From Amphiscolops sp. MND2022 (Eukaryota), in contig OZ076414.1 in assembly GCA_964187785.1 (NCBI GenBank), positions 6,758,001 through 6,822,000 on the forward strand: a stretch of DNA of 64,000 nucleotides, written 5' to 3'. The notes under the pieces are model-generated. The model was given only the letters and a program-made list of their open reading frames with translations, did not search any database and was not told where the DNA came from. The position numbers were made by a program, and so were the translations under genes. Shown one piece after another: positions 24,601 through 39,600 of the stretch (its first letter is position 1; every line of letters starts with the position of its first letter).

Positions 24601-27600
24601 CCCGGAATGAAATGTATGCATATGACATTGGATGCATAAAAAATGCAGTTTGGCCGTCTCGGTGGTGAGATATTATTGTACAATGTATATGTCAGTATAT
24701 GTCAGTCATTAACCCTAATTAACCTAGTGGTACTTTACAGCCACCTTTTTCTATTTCTGATTTGCCAGCAGCCCAAATTTTCTAGCACCATTTTTTGCAA
24801 CAATTCAGTGGTACCTGGAGTGATTTGAATGGCACAAGCATTAGAAAAAGTTAAAATGTCTCCAAAGCTGAGAAAAATGTGTTATCATTTTCCAAAACTC
24901 AGTCTTTGGCGAAATCCAGTTTTCTCAGAAGTCCTTAGAAAAATAGAAAAAGCTACACAATGTCCTCCCTCAACAAGTCCTTGTGCAACAAACCCCAATA
25001 ATATCCGGTTGTTACTACAAGCCCCCGAAGTGCGGAATGGCCGTGAAGCGGCGATAACAGATAAAGAAGCTAAAATACTAAAGAATGGGGCGCGCTGCGA
25101 TAGGGGCTCGCCTGATCGAAAATAAAGCTCAATGCCAGACCATTCAAACGCGCTATAGTTGATTTCTCTGGTATGCTTACTTGAAGATATCAATTTACAA
25201 TTTTGAATCAGATTTTTGAAATTTTGCCAAAAACGCCCAGGTCGATTACAGTTAAAAACACAGACAAAATTAGTGATTCTATCCCCGAATCACGAAACTA
25301 TCCCACAACGGAAAGGCTACTAACACGCAATACCCTTTCTGCTTAAATTCCAAAACTTTATTTGAATCCGGAATCCGGGCATCATTAAATCTTCGAAGTT
25401 TCTAAGCTTACTTTTTTGTGGTTTCTACTGTGCGAATCATTTGTTTAAGCAAATGTGTTTATTGAATACAAATGAGCCACAGATAAAAATATTGCTAACA
25501 TAAACTATGTATGCTGCTTCCATGCGATTGGAACTTTCTAAAATGGAAGATTTCACACAATTTTGTTCACATTGCTGAACAAAACACTAAAAAGTTGGCG
25601 TGTTGAAAGTTTTCAACCGACTCATTTTGTTTAAGCAATTGTTAAACAGTGGTGTGTAGCCTGTTTTATGTTTACCCAACGTGTCAAAGGAAACCCGAAA
25701 TAGGATCTTGAAACGCCTGGGAAAGGTACGCAAAGCCAAAAATTACATGACGATGGATTTTCGCAATGTCTTCAGAGACGAAAGTCGAGCAACACTGGAT
25801 AGTCCTGACGGCTTTTGCAGACGCTGGGTAGTCGATGGAGAGAAACCCCCAGTACGAAAAGTGCGACATAGAACGAACGCCGACGTCTGGTATACATGCA
25901 GGATAATGCGCCCTCACATGCCGCAAGACAAATGATGTCCTATTTGACGTCTATCGTTTTTTTTCGGATCCAAACTAATGGACTGGCCAGCGTGTTCACC
26001 GCATTATTCGTGCCAAGATGACCTCGGGAGCGCCATCAAGCAGGCGCATGCTGAAATTCGGCCAAAATTTATCAAAAAAATTGACGTCGTCGGTGGATTC
26101 TCGATTAGTCAAAGTTTTCGAGAAACAAGGCGACTATAATAACATGTGAATTATGCCAGAACTCTCATTTCTCTGTTCTGTTGTTTCGGTTGTCACTATT
26201 ATTAATTGAACATTAATTTATCTTGCTGATACATTACATTTCTTGTTTTTGCATAAACAAAGTGAGCCACCCAAATATCGCTAAATGTATTTTAGAGTGA
26301 TCATATCCTGGCAAACACTATTAATATAGCTTAGTATATGGGCCTTTACATTGTCCGTCGACACCTTGAAATTAATTGGCAACTGTGTTTCTATTCAGAG
26401 AAATATCTGAAAAAAAGTTTGCTTAAACAAATGACCCACGCTGTAAGTACCTGTCATCAAAGATAGGAAAATATCAATGCCACGGGGCTCTTGGTTGACT
26501 TCACACCAACCTGTGAAAGAGGTATCGACACAGACACACCACCCTGACCTTTTGACCCCGTTCTCATTTTCTTCCGTGTCGCCGCCCTCCTCAGACGACC
26601 CGTCATTCCATGTGATGACGTCAGCTACTGGTCCTTGGTCCGGGAACTTCTTCTCTATGCTCTCCAATACAGACAACTGGTTGAGAAGGTCTTCTTTCTG
26701 ATTGGTCAGCAAAGTCTGCTCGTCACTTCTGGAAGTCTGCAAAATTAAGCTTGCATGTTAAAACAAAGGTGCCCGTCCATTGCGCAAATGACTGTGGCGG
26801 GGAATGACATCAAACACACTGATGCTTCTCACCTCAGCACGTTACCAGTTGAGTAAAAATAAACAAACATAAAAACCTGTCTGAGCCAATAATACCAGAA
26901 TGAAGACTGAAAAAAAATAATTGGAGCCAATGTTTTCTGCATACATAAAAGGGTTCTCCTTGACCTCTATGCCAGCTAGGAGTATTTTTGATTTTTGGAC
27001 CATGTGTCTCATTTCTCCCCAGGTACAGCTTGCTTGGAATTCAATTCACCCCAAGGGGAAAGCAAATTTTGTTTTTGAATGAAAATATTTCACTAAGAAA
27101 ATATGATGTGAATGTAAGTACTTAGAGGATTGTCTTTACAGCTGTTTTGACCCACGAAAAAATGAACCTAGTTTTTTGATATTGTCCAAAATAGCAAAAA
27201 TTCACACTTGGAACAAGCTAAAATCGTATAAAAAGGGCCTTATTTCAACGCAAATTTTCTCCGCGATAAAATCTAACAAGCAACTTTTACCTGCCAGTCA
27301 ATGTAAAAGATAGGATAATGTCAATATCGATACTTTAATTGGACAGAAATTTCAACGTAAACGATGACAACATAATGGTATTTTAACCTTTTTTTTGAAA
27401 AAAAAATGCGGCAGCACAAAAATTATCCATATCCACAAGTAATTTCACTATTCTGTTCAAACTGATTTCAAATTTTGTTTAAAACGGACAAATATTTACA
27501 AACCGATGACGTTGAAGAAGAATCTTTGTCAGTTCCTCCCTCTTTGGACTTATCCGACGAAGAAGAGGACAGAACTTCGAACGAGGATTCCAGTTCAAGA

Positions 27601-30600
27601 AGACGTCGTTTGATACTTGCAATGGTCTTGGCTTGTCTCTCCTCCCACAGAGCTTGTTTTCGCTTCTCAATCACTCGCTTCTTTGTGCCGGGGTAGTACA
27701 ATTCAAAGATGTTTTTGATGCCTGAAAAAAAGTTAGTCAACTGCTAAACTTCAATGCCATATGCATGAACGAAATCGTGACAACGGTTGAACAAACAAAC
27801 ATGTGAAAACTTTCCTTTGAAGAACGGATTAAGTACTAGTTATTCCATGGCTTGTTCATGCATCGAGAAATTAATTTCAGTCGAGGCCCAGAGATGTTAC
27901 AATTATGCGGCGCATAATCCCGCACAATTCCGCATAATCTGACGTAATTTTCGTCGCGCACTAATTGCCGCATAATTGCGTTATATTGCCAAGTGTTGCC
28001 GCATATTTCTGAGAAATGTAAACCAAAATATCAGCTATTATTCAAAAATTAATGATTCTGGTAATTCTTATTAGGAATTAATTATGCCCAGCCCTGTAAG
28101 ATGTTACAATCGGGCGTTTCTTTTACTGGAGAAACCAAAGAAACGAAAAAGAGATCATTCTTCATCAGTGGATGCCCCAACACGCGCAAAAATGTTCCAA
28201 AACTCAGACTTTTTTTGCCAAAAAAGCCTAATATTCTGCAGATTGAGTTGAATTTCAGTTTTGACGAACTTATTTTTCCCCGCATAATTCCTCTGATTAG
28301 CGCATATTTTACATTTTTATACAATTTTTAGCGCATAATTTCAATAAAAATTCCGCATTCAGCATCGCATAATTCCGTGAAAATCCCCGCACTAAAGTAA
28401 CATCTCTGGTGGAGACTGAAATGAACTTCGAGATTCGTCAACAAGCCATCGAATAATCAGTTTAAGCCAAACTTTTGAGTGAACAAAATTTCTAAACAGT
28501 AAAATAACAAATCGTTAATGAACTGTTTTGTCTGTTAATGCACTGTTTAAATACTAAATCTGTTAATGCATCGTTAAGTTAATCAATTGACTGTTCACGC
28601 ACAAGTGTGGCTCAATGAAATTAGGAAAACAATTTTTTTTCAATACTCGAATCAGCTAGCATGGAATAATCTTGAATTGACATTGTTGAAATGTGAAAAC
28701 GTTGAAACAACAAAAGTGGTAACGCGGTGAAAAAGAATCCGCGTTGACTAAATCAGTTCTTGAATGAGTTTTTCAAGCCCTCGTTCGGCACTCGAAAGTG
28801 AAATAATTCACTCGTGCTTCAAAGACTCATTTAAGAACTACTACTTTAGGTCGAGTTTGCTCCAATTCGCGGAATTCATTCCGGTTAGCTCCTTGATTTC
28901 CGGTCGAATAAATTCATTCAACGTATGAAACAATCTTCTTCTATGTGAGTCGACATCAACTGTCAGTGCAGAAACACCTATTTCAATATCATTGCTGTGC
29001 CAAAAACCCAACATTGTTGTGCTAAATGGCACATAAATATTCTACTGACCTTTCAGTGAGAATTGCTCAAGAATAACTCAAAAAAGCCGTCTGATAAATC
29101 ATCTAGTTTTGAAATTTTTGTGAGGAGTAAAATTGACGAAAAAACAAAAGATTTTCTTGCCTTTGTAAGAGTCGGGCACTTTTTGTATCTCAAATAGCGC
29201 CGACTAAAAATGCTTGAAATTCGTATAACTACTGAAATGATTGTCTTGTATCTAAGTCGAATAACGACGTTGTTTGTTTATATTCACATAAGTTTATATT
29301 CATAAGTTTGGGTATAATCGTGCAGACTTCGTGATAACTGAGGAAGAAAGAAATGCTACGTTACAAATCATTGAGGACTCAGAACTCCCCAGCTCGAAAC
29401 AGAGTTTCTTTTTCGAAGTTTGCAGCAACATATAAAGCTAAGTGTCACGTCCGAAATTTAGTTCAACAGCAGAAGCGGTGTAGTATTGTTCTTATCATAA
29501 AGGTATCCTTTGAGCGGAAGTTTGATTCATTTACTACTCGTGACTTTCCACCAACTCAAGTTATTTAAGTTTATTCCATTTATTATTTTTGATGCCACGA
29601 GGCTTCCTACTGAGCGGGTGCAAGCCCTTTGGAAGTCTCTTCCTGATTTCACATTTAAAATGTTTGTATGTATATAAATTGATTTTTTTTGTATTGAAAT
29701 CAGGACAAATAAATTTATTATTATTATAATAGCATTCCTACCTATGTTGAACTTGTTGGAGGGGTTGTTCCATGAAGGTGGGATCTTCAGTTTGCGCCCT
29801 GTGAGTCCGGTGATGAATCCAAACTCATCAGGGGACACTTTAGTCGAGGTGTCGACGTCCCCACACCCAGTTGTGTCGATGCAATCCACTATCTTCCGTC
29901 TCCCGTCAGTAGTTGTCTGAACAGAAGAGAAGCTCAATTCAAAACAACTCATTCAACCCGATTTTTTTGCAAAAATATTAAAAGTTCTGTCTAAAGAAAC
30001 TTTCTGTTCTGTGCGGTATCATCTGCAAAACTGGTCCGTCTGGTACTAGCTAAATATCTTTGTAATTTGTACGCCCATGGGCAACAAATTAATAATAAAT
30101 TATTCATTAATTCATTTCAACCCCATGTTTTTCGCAACAAAAAGAGGTGCAAGTCCGACAGCGCCAAAAGCAAGTACACGACTCGCTTCCAAAATCAGTA
30201 AAAAGAACGGCGAATCCTATGCGAGCGTCATGGGCTGCATTAGGACAGGACGAATGTCAGCTTCGCTCTGCTAATAAAAAACTCGATATACCAATAATCG
30301 AATCATCTTTCGGTGCAATTCTTGATAACAAAAGGTTGTCAAACTGACAACCTCCATGCAAAAATTTTGCAAATTGCTACTTCACCTCACGACTATTCAA
30401 CTGTAATGCTGTGTTGTATTTCATGATATTTCGTTCCCTTGCCAATGTTTTCAGATTCCTATTTTTGGGAACGTCCCTGACACTGTAAGGCGGCTCTGCA
30501 GCTTGAGCGTATCTGACGTCACTTTCCCGCGCTTGAACAAGGACTCGAACACTCACTATCTACTCTGAAACCGGGGTTTCAGTACGCACGATCTACTCAA

Positions 30601-33600
30601 ACACCACTGATGAGAAAGGCTTTGGTCGTAGTTTTAGAACAACAATTAGATTGCATCCGTTGAAATTTTGGTAACTAGTAGATACTGGTATCGATAGTCG
30701 TTCAAATTGTCCACTACGATCGGTTACCGGCCAATGATGATTTACATTCAGGAAAACAATAAAATAAGGTCACGTGCAGGTTAAGGGTCTAATAACGATG
30801 TCATGAAATAGGGGCACTACGGGGCACAGTATTTCTGCTTTTATGCTTCATGTTCAATAATAGAAGCATATCTTAATCATTTATATAGCGCACTAGTAAT
30901 CACTTTACACGGCCTTTAATTCTTCTCGGCCTACAGACAATATAACTTGAGCGTAGAGGAAGCATAATTACGAACACTCGCTCGCTTCATTTCAATAACT
31001 CGGCGTACGAATGCATAAATACCACTCGCTCGTTCCATCGCACGAGAAACGAATTGCTGTCGGCAGCTTGAGAAATTCTCACGCTTACCACTCACTGCCG
31101 AACAAATTGTCTTAATTTTTCAGTAGGTACTCAAAAACACGACAAAAGCTTAAAAAAAGTTGAATTGTTGAGATTTTATTATTACTGCTATCGCAGAAAC
31201 AAAAATAAATGAGAATCCAGAACATTGAAAAATGGTGGGCATTTGAAAAGTCAGAGCTCAATATCACGAGAGTTGACATTGGAAGAAACTAGCACAGATG
31301 AAGGGCGAAAAGTACCCTGCAGCCTAATCGTTGTGATGAACTTATTAAACAGTTTCCGGTTAAATGAGATCCACAATGGACATTGATCAACGCTCCAGAC
31401 TACGCTCATGTGATGCAAATTTCCACCACACAATCTCTGAGCTGAGAGAAACCACCAACTAAGATGTTCAGAAGACTGAAACCAAAACAAAGAAGGACAC
31501 TGTGGTATGCATTTTGAGAAGCCATTGCCCAACTGGAACGCAAATCACTGAACCGGCAGAAATTGCAGACATCAAAGTTATCCTGGAAACGTCGTGTCCG
31601 AAAAAGCATTAACTTCCGCACATACACCACACACAGACATCCATGCATCCAATCCCTCATTAATGAAGCTTAGCTCTAAATCCTTGAAAGGTGATCTCTT
31701 ACAAAATTCGTGTTCTGTGTGTTCTAGTGAGGAGCAACTTGAAAGATCAATAGCAGATATTGTCGAAGCTAAAGAAAGGAAAATTCTCAACAACTTGGGA
31801 GAACGAGTTGAGATTCCAGTCTAACATCTGAGTTTCAAAACTCATCGTCAGAGAATGATCATAGTAGAACTCAAACCTTAGGGATGGCATGAACGAAAAA
31901 TTTTCTTCAGAGCGGCTTCTAAGTCAAACATGATCTTTTCCCAGAAGACCAGATAAATGAGCAACAAAACTTTTAGGGCGTCATCAATTGATAACAGGAG
32001 TAGACAAAAAACTCCTGAAGCCCCGAGGTCTAAAACTCTTTAACAACGATGTTTATTCAATTTAAATTTATCATTCAATTTAATTTTATTGTATCATTTA
32101 ATTTTTACGACAATGTGCGTAGCCCTTCTCAGGTCAAAGTGATCTTCACTAAAATCTCCATTCTACAATGCTGATGTTATCTGTGTCTCTGAAACCTGGT
32201 TTGATTGTAACGCCAAAAAGCCATCTCCCAGAACATAGTACGATGTTGTCTCAAGAGCGGATCGTGCTATGGGTTCCTGCGGCGGTGTTCTTATTCTGAC
32301 AAAAAATTGTTCATTGAATAGTGAAATAAAGCTGAAAGTGTTTTCGTTGCTGTATGTAAAATTCGTCCTCTGCTATAACAATTGCCGAATCTACAATGCA
32401 CTCGTGAAAGATACACGAAAGTACCATCTTGAAAGAATTCGATTCAGTCAGATTCCATCAAAAACGAAAGATCTGTTGATTTTTGATGATTTAAACTACT
32501 CGAACACTGATTGGCAATGTTTTACAAGGCCCGGAAGCGATGGCGTGTGTTTTACGTTTTTAAAATCTCACTTATCCAACTCGTAGATGGGCTCCACAAA
32601 CTTGTGATCACAAACTCAAACAAAACTAATCTCCGCGAAGTCAATAAAAATTATTTCTCAGTTTCTCTCCAGCAGAGATTGAATCCCTCCGTCTATGCTC
32701 TGCACAAAGCGTCTGCTCTTCAACAATGGCTATGATGATTCTGTTCGTGATTGGCTTCCTTGCTTTTTTAACATCAACTAAGTCGTACATACAAAACGTT
32801 CTTGGAGGCAACAGTTTCCTTCGTTTCATTCGCACAGCTTCCATCTACTGAGTGGGCTTAAAACTTATTCCTCCAAATGGATAGTTTTGCCAAAAAAATT
32901 AGGTAACCTGCGAAACTGGTTCGAACGTGTGCTACAAGATGATCAAAAATCACTCCAGTTCTCCTGACATTCCTCTTAAGGTAACCTGGAACAATATCAC
33001 GGCTTGTTGTCTATGACAAGATAGCAAAATCGTTCAATATGTATTTCGCATGAGCGTACATCAAGAACATTGTTTGAACAGTCCGGCGACAGCCATCTGC
33101 AATCTCTCAAATTTAGCCAAAAAACTTTTTGTGCTCTCAAGAAAGCCACTGGTGGAACTGGCCCCGACGAGATACTTGAGGAAACCCTGCACTGTTTAGC
33201 AAATGAGATCTCGCATCATTTACTTTTATTTAGCCAAAATTTAGAAACAGGCCCCAATCATGCGTTAGAATCTTACACTACAAAATGGAAGTCGCAACTG
33301 TTTCTTCTTATTTTTAACCACCTGGAAAGCTTTCATTGGTTTCGGACTGCTGACTTTCTGACAAACTATATCAGTTTGTTGAAACGTCAATATCAAAACA
33401 TCAGTATGGCTTCTTAAAGCGCAAATCAACCACTTCGCTGCCATTGGACTTCGAGAGATGCATACTCTTGCAACGATAGTAGAGAAATTGAGCATAAACT
33501 TCATGTTGCCCTCGCCAAAACATTCCACAAAATTTTTCATTAAAAAATGTAAGCGAAATTAAATTGCAAGAAATGGTACATCAAGTAAATCAACACATGC

Positions 33601-36600
33601 AGTGATTAGCTATTGACGGAGATGTAGTTTCAGTAAACACTATGTCATAAACTCTTTGGGTGATGTAGTAGTTGAAACAAAGAAAATCTCTGGAAACGTC
33701 GAAAATCCAAGAAATCCGAATAATTCTCATTTGCATCAAAATGGGCGAACGGGACAAACAGCTATGAAGGACTACGTAGTCTCAAGAGACAAATATGAAG
33801 TACACACTGCAAGTTTTCGCGAGATGATGACGCTGAGATTTTTTGGAATTCTCAATACACACTAAGTTGCTACTACGTTGGGTGCAGAAACTCGCACTCC
33901 AAACAAAAACAAAGCAAATATTACTGAAACACCACAATCAAAACCCAAACTGCTCGCTCAGGTTCAACAGTGCCAACAGAGGTCACGTCAACACGAGAAA
34001 TGTCTCATCAAAGTTGCTGTAATTTGAAGCTGAAAACGCAATTTCGTTTTTTCAAAGATTCACCGTCAAGCACTTCACCCATAATGCTTTCAAATTCATC
34101 CGATTTTCAGTTTCTGTTTGATGGCATCTTTGACATAAAAATGTATTCGTGGAAAAGTTATTGAAGAAAATTCTGACAGTTCTATGAATTTTTAAAATTT
34201 CAGATGACCAGTTCCACATTTTTTGATTGACTTTCTTCTCATCATTTTCACAAACCAGTATAAATGAAGCAACAACCATCATCCGGAATCCGACTTTTTT
34301 CCTGATTATGACACAACATCTTCCGACGCTTACAGTCACTAAAACCAACCAGTTCTTGGAAATCCATACAAAAAAGGAAAAAAAAACCAAGTGGTAGTCA
34401 CAATCGCTTAAAAATGCCGACAAACGTTTGTCAAATCACTGAAAACTTTCAGAAAGCGGCAACCAACGCGAGAAGCGCAAGCACGTTAAGTTTTCCACCA
34501 CGTCAACCATGGTTTGGAAAGAGCGACATGATTCGAATAATGAAAGGCAGGATTTACTGATGACCTCATTCAAAGGGTCCACCATTTGAAATCCGCCATC
34601 TGACAAAATTTACCTCATCAAAGTTACACATTCAACTCTGGTTCCTATCAGTCCAAGCTTGGAACGAAAAATGTTATCAATGTGAAGATTGCTCCAAAAG
34701 AATGGGATTCAACAACAAACACTAAGCATCACCGTTTGAAAAGAATAATTGATCGAGAGATGAAATGTTTTCCTGTAAACATTCAATTTGGCCTGGAGAC
34801 TCCAGCTTAAGATTCGCAAGTAAAGCCATACAAAGTCGACCACCATTGTCAAGGCATGGCAAATCAAGGGAAGTGCTGATAGTTTCGAGAATTTCAAGAA
34901 CTTCTCTATTTTTTGGGTCGAATCATTCGAGATACCAACGAAATCGGAGAAACAACGAAACTATTAACAGCCGTTAAAAACTACCACCAAGCCAATATTC
35001 TAAAAACGATGTGATAGTAAGTATTTCTAAATCAGGTTTCAGCTTTTTAGGAAAGTACAAAGAACTATCAGCAACGAACCTCAGGATCTCTATCAGGGTT
35101 GCTCATATGTTTAAAAACAGTAACTGACCAATCAACAGAAACTTTCCTAAAATAAAGGTATAATGTCTAAAATTTACAGCTACAAGGATTAACATTAAGC
35201 AGGAAACTATTCAGGTTAAACTGCCTATCCAGTCCACTGTCAGACCTATTCTGTAACGATGTCAATACAATAAATAAAGTTGCAGGGTTAGATACTGTCA
35301 ATAATCAAAACGTCTGCCGTATATTGTACATAACCCTCAACATAGAATAAGATCAACAATCTCAAGGTAACGGAAGCAGTACATCAGAGATTTCAAACCC
35401 ATTCCGGTCTGGTCTTTCCAACAGCACAAACTGAGGACCATTCCATTCCCCGTACGATCCGAAGTGTCCTGACAGATGTTTTTGGAGAAAAACCTTGACA
35501 AAGATTTCCATGGAAACTCAGAACGGAAAATGTGGGCTACCCAGTTCTATAGGAACAAAGAAAACCTTGGATCCGCGGCCTTCTCATCTCATCTGGAACA
35601 AACTGGGCACCTGTGGAGACCCCTTGCAGAGCTATGTGGTTCCAGAGAACAACACGAACGCGTTGTGTATCCATGTGAATGCACTTTCGAACCTTGATCA
35701 GTCCAACTCGTACTACTAATTCGTCAGAAGTTTGGTCATTAGAAACCCCAAGAAGTTCCTGGAACTTGATGAAAACAACGCCTCGTAGCAGGGACACAGA
35801 TCCATTTGCGCATGTCATAAATGACTCTTCAAACTACTATTCTGAAATACACAAGTGCGGCAAAGCCAACCCGAGCAACCTCATTTTGACGAATATCAAG
35901 GAACACCTACCCTTCCACCAACGGAACACTAAACAATTGTCCCCACGAGCCCAGCGCAACCACCACAGCCCTCTACAACAGTTGACAACTATCACCAACT
36001 ATTACCATTAAAATTCCTCAGTGCTTGCCATTAACAGTACCGTGCTACTAAGGCTTGGTACTAAATCCTTGAAAGGTGATCTCTTACAAAAATCGTGTTC
36101 TGTGTGTTCTAGTAAGGAGCAACTTGAAAGATCAATAGCAGATATTGTCGAAGCTAAAGAAAGGAAAATTCTCAACAACTTGGAAGAACGAGATTCCAGT
36201 CTAACATCTGAGTTTCAAAAAGCATCGTCAGAGAACGATCATAGTAGAACTCAAACCATAGGGATGTCATGAACGAAAAATTTTCTTCAGAGCGGCTTCT
36301 AAGTCACACATGATTTTTCCCCAGAAGACGGGATAATTGAGCAACAATACTTTAAGGGCGTCATAAATTGATAACAGGAGTAGACAAAAAACTCCTGAAG
36401 CCCCGAGGTCTAAAACTCTTTAACAACGATGTTTATTTAATTTAAATTTATAATTTGATTTAATTTTATTGTAGCATTTAATTTTTAAGACAATGTGCGT
36501 AGCCCTTCTCAGGTCAAAGGCATCTTCACTAAAATCTCCATTCTACAATGCTGATGTAATCTATGTCTCTGAAACCTGGTTTGATTGTAACGCCAAAAAC

Positions 36601-39600
36601 CCATCTCCCAGAACTAAGTACGATGTTGTCTCAAGAGCCGATCGTGCTATGGGTTCCTGCGGTGGTGTTCTTATTCTTACAAAAAATTGTTCATTGAATA
36701 GTGAAATAAAGCTGAAAGAGTTTTCGTTGCTGTATGTGAAATTCGTCCTCTGCTATAACAATTGCCGAATCTACAATGCACTCGTGAAAGATACACGAAA
36801 GTACCATCTTGAAAGAAATCGATTCAGTCAGATTCCATGCAAAAACGAAAGATCTGTTGTTTTTGATGATTTAAACTACTCGAACACTGATTGGCAATGT
36901 TTTACAAGGCCCGGAAGCGATGGAGCGTTTTACGTTTTTAAGATCTCACTTATCCAACTCGTAGATGGACTTCTCCACAAACTTGTGATCACAAACTCAA
37001 ACAAAACTAATCTCCGCGAAGTCAATAAAAATTATTTCTCACCACCGTTGCATTTCGGTGACAACCAGTGATACCATGCCAGAGATGAGTCTGTCCGCGA
37101 ACAGAAAACCCTTTACTACAGTTTCTCTCCAGCAGAGATTGAATCCCTCCGTCTATGCTCTGCACAAAGCGTCTGCTCTTCAACAATGGCTATGATGATT
37201 CTGTTCGTGATTGGCTTCCTTGCTTTTTTAACATCAACTAAGTCGTACATACAAAACGTTCTTGGAGGCAACAGTTTCCTTCGTTTCATTCGCACAGCTT
37301 CCATCTACTGAGTGGGCTTAAAACTTATTGCTTCAAATGGATAGTTTTGCCAAAAAAATTAGGTAACCTGCGAAACTGGTTCGAACGTGTGCTACAAGAT
37401 GATCAAAAATCACTCCAGTTCTCCTGACATTCCTCTTAAGGTAACCTGGAACAATATCACGGCTTGTTGTCTATGACAAGGTAGCAAAATCGTTCAATAT
37501 GTATTTCGCATGAGCGTACATCAAGAACATTGTTTGAACAGTCCGGCGACAGCCATCTGCAATCTCTCAAATTTAGCCAAGAAACTTTTTGTGCTCTCAA
37601 GAAAGCCACTGGTGGAACTGGCCCCGACGAGATACTTGAGGAAACCCTGCACTGTTTAGCAAATGAGATCTCGCATCATTTACTTTTATTTAGCCAAAAT
37701 TTAGAAACAGGCCCCAATCATGCGTTAGAATCTTACACTACAAAATGGAAGTCGCAACTGTTTCTTCTCATTTTTAACCACCTGGAAAGCTTTCATTGGT
37801 TTCGGACTGCTGACTTTCTGACAAACTATATCAGTTTGTTGAAACGTCAATATCAAAACATCAGTATGGCTTCTTAAAGCGCAAATCAACCACTTCGCTG
37901 CCATTGGACTTCGAGAGATGCATACTCTTGCAACGATAGTAGAGAAATTGAGCATAAACTTCATGTTGCCCTCGCCAAAACATTCCACAAAATTTTTCAA
38001 TAAAAAATGTAAGCGAAATTAAATTGCAAGAAATGGTACATCAAGTAAATCAACACATGCAGTGATTAGCTAATGACGGAGATGTTGTTTCAGTAAACTC
38101 TATATCATCAACTCTTGAAAGGTTTTTGGGTGATGTAGTAGTTGCAACAAAATTCTCTGGAACTTGCAAACTGTGTCCGATATTCCATGGACGATTATTC
38201 TCACAAAAATAACAATGAACAACTATCTGGGAAAAAAAACGTTTGGAGCTTCACGCTGGTGACGTGTTACTTAAATTCAAACTTCATTCGTGGGACAAAC
38301 TTTCAAATGAATTCGGGCCCGCTATCACGTGGGTGCGTGCAGCGAAAGAAGAATAAGAACGGCAGAACCTCATGTGAAGGTCCCAAGTTTATTACAGGTC
38401 CAAGAAACCAACTATCTTCCAAGAAACCAAATATTTTGAACAAAGGCCTGACTGAACGGATCTCCAATTACAAGGAGCTCAGTACATTGAAATTTCTGAT
38501 TCTATCGTTCCGTTCAAATTGTCTAGCTGGGCTTCTTCTTCGCACTTGGATCACTTGGAATGACGTTGAATCAATTAAAAATGCTGGGAAACTTTACACT
38601 GACAGACATGAAACTGATCGAACTTATGATGTATCAATTCAACCTGGACCAGATGAATTGATTGAAACGATTGAAATCCCAATTTGTGAAAGTTCAGAAC
38701 GGCGGTAACGCTCGTTTTTGCATCAAGTGCCAATGAGGTTGAGCAATTCATGGCAAGGAATACACGAACAATACAAGTCCAATTTTTCGAGGAAAAAAAC
38801 AGGGAACAAAGACTTCCATGCAGCTGCAGTCCGGAATATGTGGCACCCTTTTTTTAAATCAAAACGTAGAAAATCTAAGAAATCTGTCTAATTCTCACTT
38901 GCAGCAAAATGGGCGAACGGGACAATCAGCTATGAAGGACTACGTAGTCTCAAGAGACAAATATGAAGTACAAACTGCAAGTTTTCGCAAGATGACGCTG
39001 AGATTTTTTGGAATTCTCAATACACACAAAGTTGCTACTCCGTTGGGTGCAGAAACTCGCACTCCAAACAAAAACAAAACAAATACTACTGAAACACCAC
39101 AATCAAAACCCAAACTGCTCGCTCAGGTTCAACAGTGCCAACAGAAGTCACGTCAACACGAGAAATGTCTCTTCAAAGTTGCTGTAATTTGAAGCTAAAA
39201 ACTCAATTTCGTTTTTATAAGATTCACCGTCAAGCACTTCACCCATAATGCTTTCCAATTCATTCGATTTTCAGTTTCTGTTTGATTGCATCTTTGACAT
39301 ACCACACATTTTTCACAGACCATAATAAATAAAGCAACCTTCATCCGACTTTTTTCCTGATTCTGACACAACATCTTCCGACGCGTACAGTCTTTAAATT
39401 CAACCAGTTCTTGGAAATCCATACAAAAAAAGGAAAAAAAACAAGTGGTAGTCACAATCGCTTGAAAAGGCCGACAAACGTTTGTCAAACCACTGAAAAC
39501 TTTCAGAAAGCGGCAACCAGCGCGAGAAGCGCAAGCACGTTAAGTTTTCCACCACGTCAACCATGGTTTGGAAAGAGCGACATGATTCGAATAATGAAAG

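Noticed and set aside
35560-35620. [13 protein letters not shown] as a Penelope GIY-YIG endonuclease motif
   Set aside because: No upstream GIY/YIG motif or Penelope RT is recognisable; the motif alone is too short.
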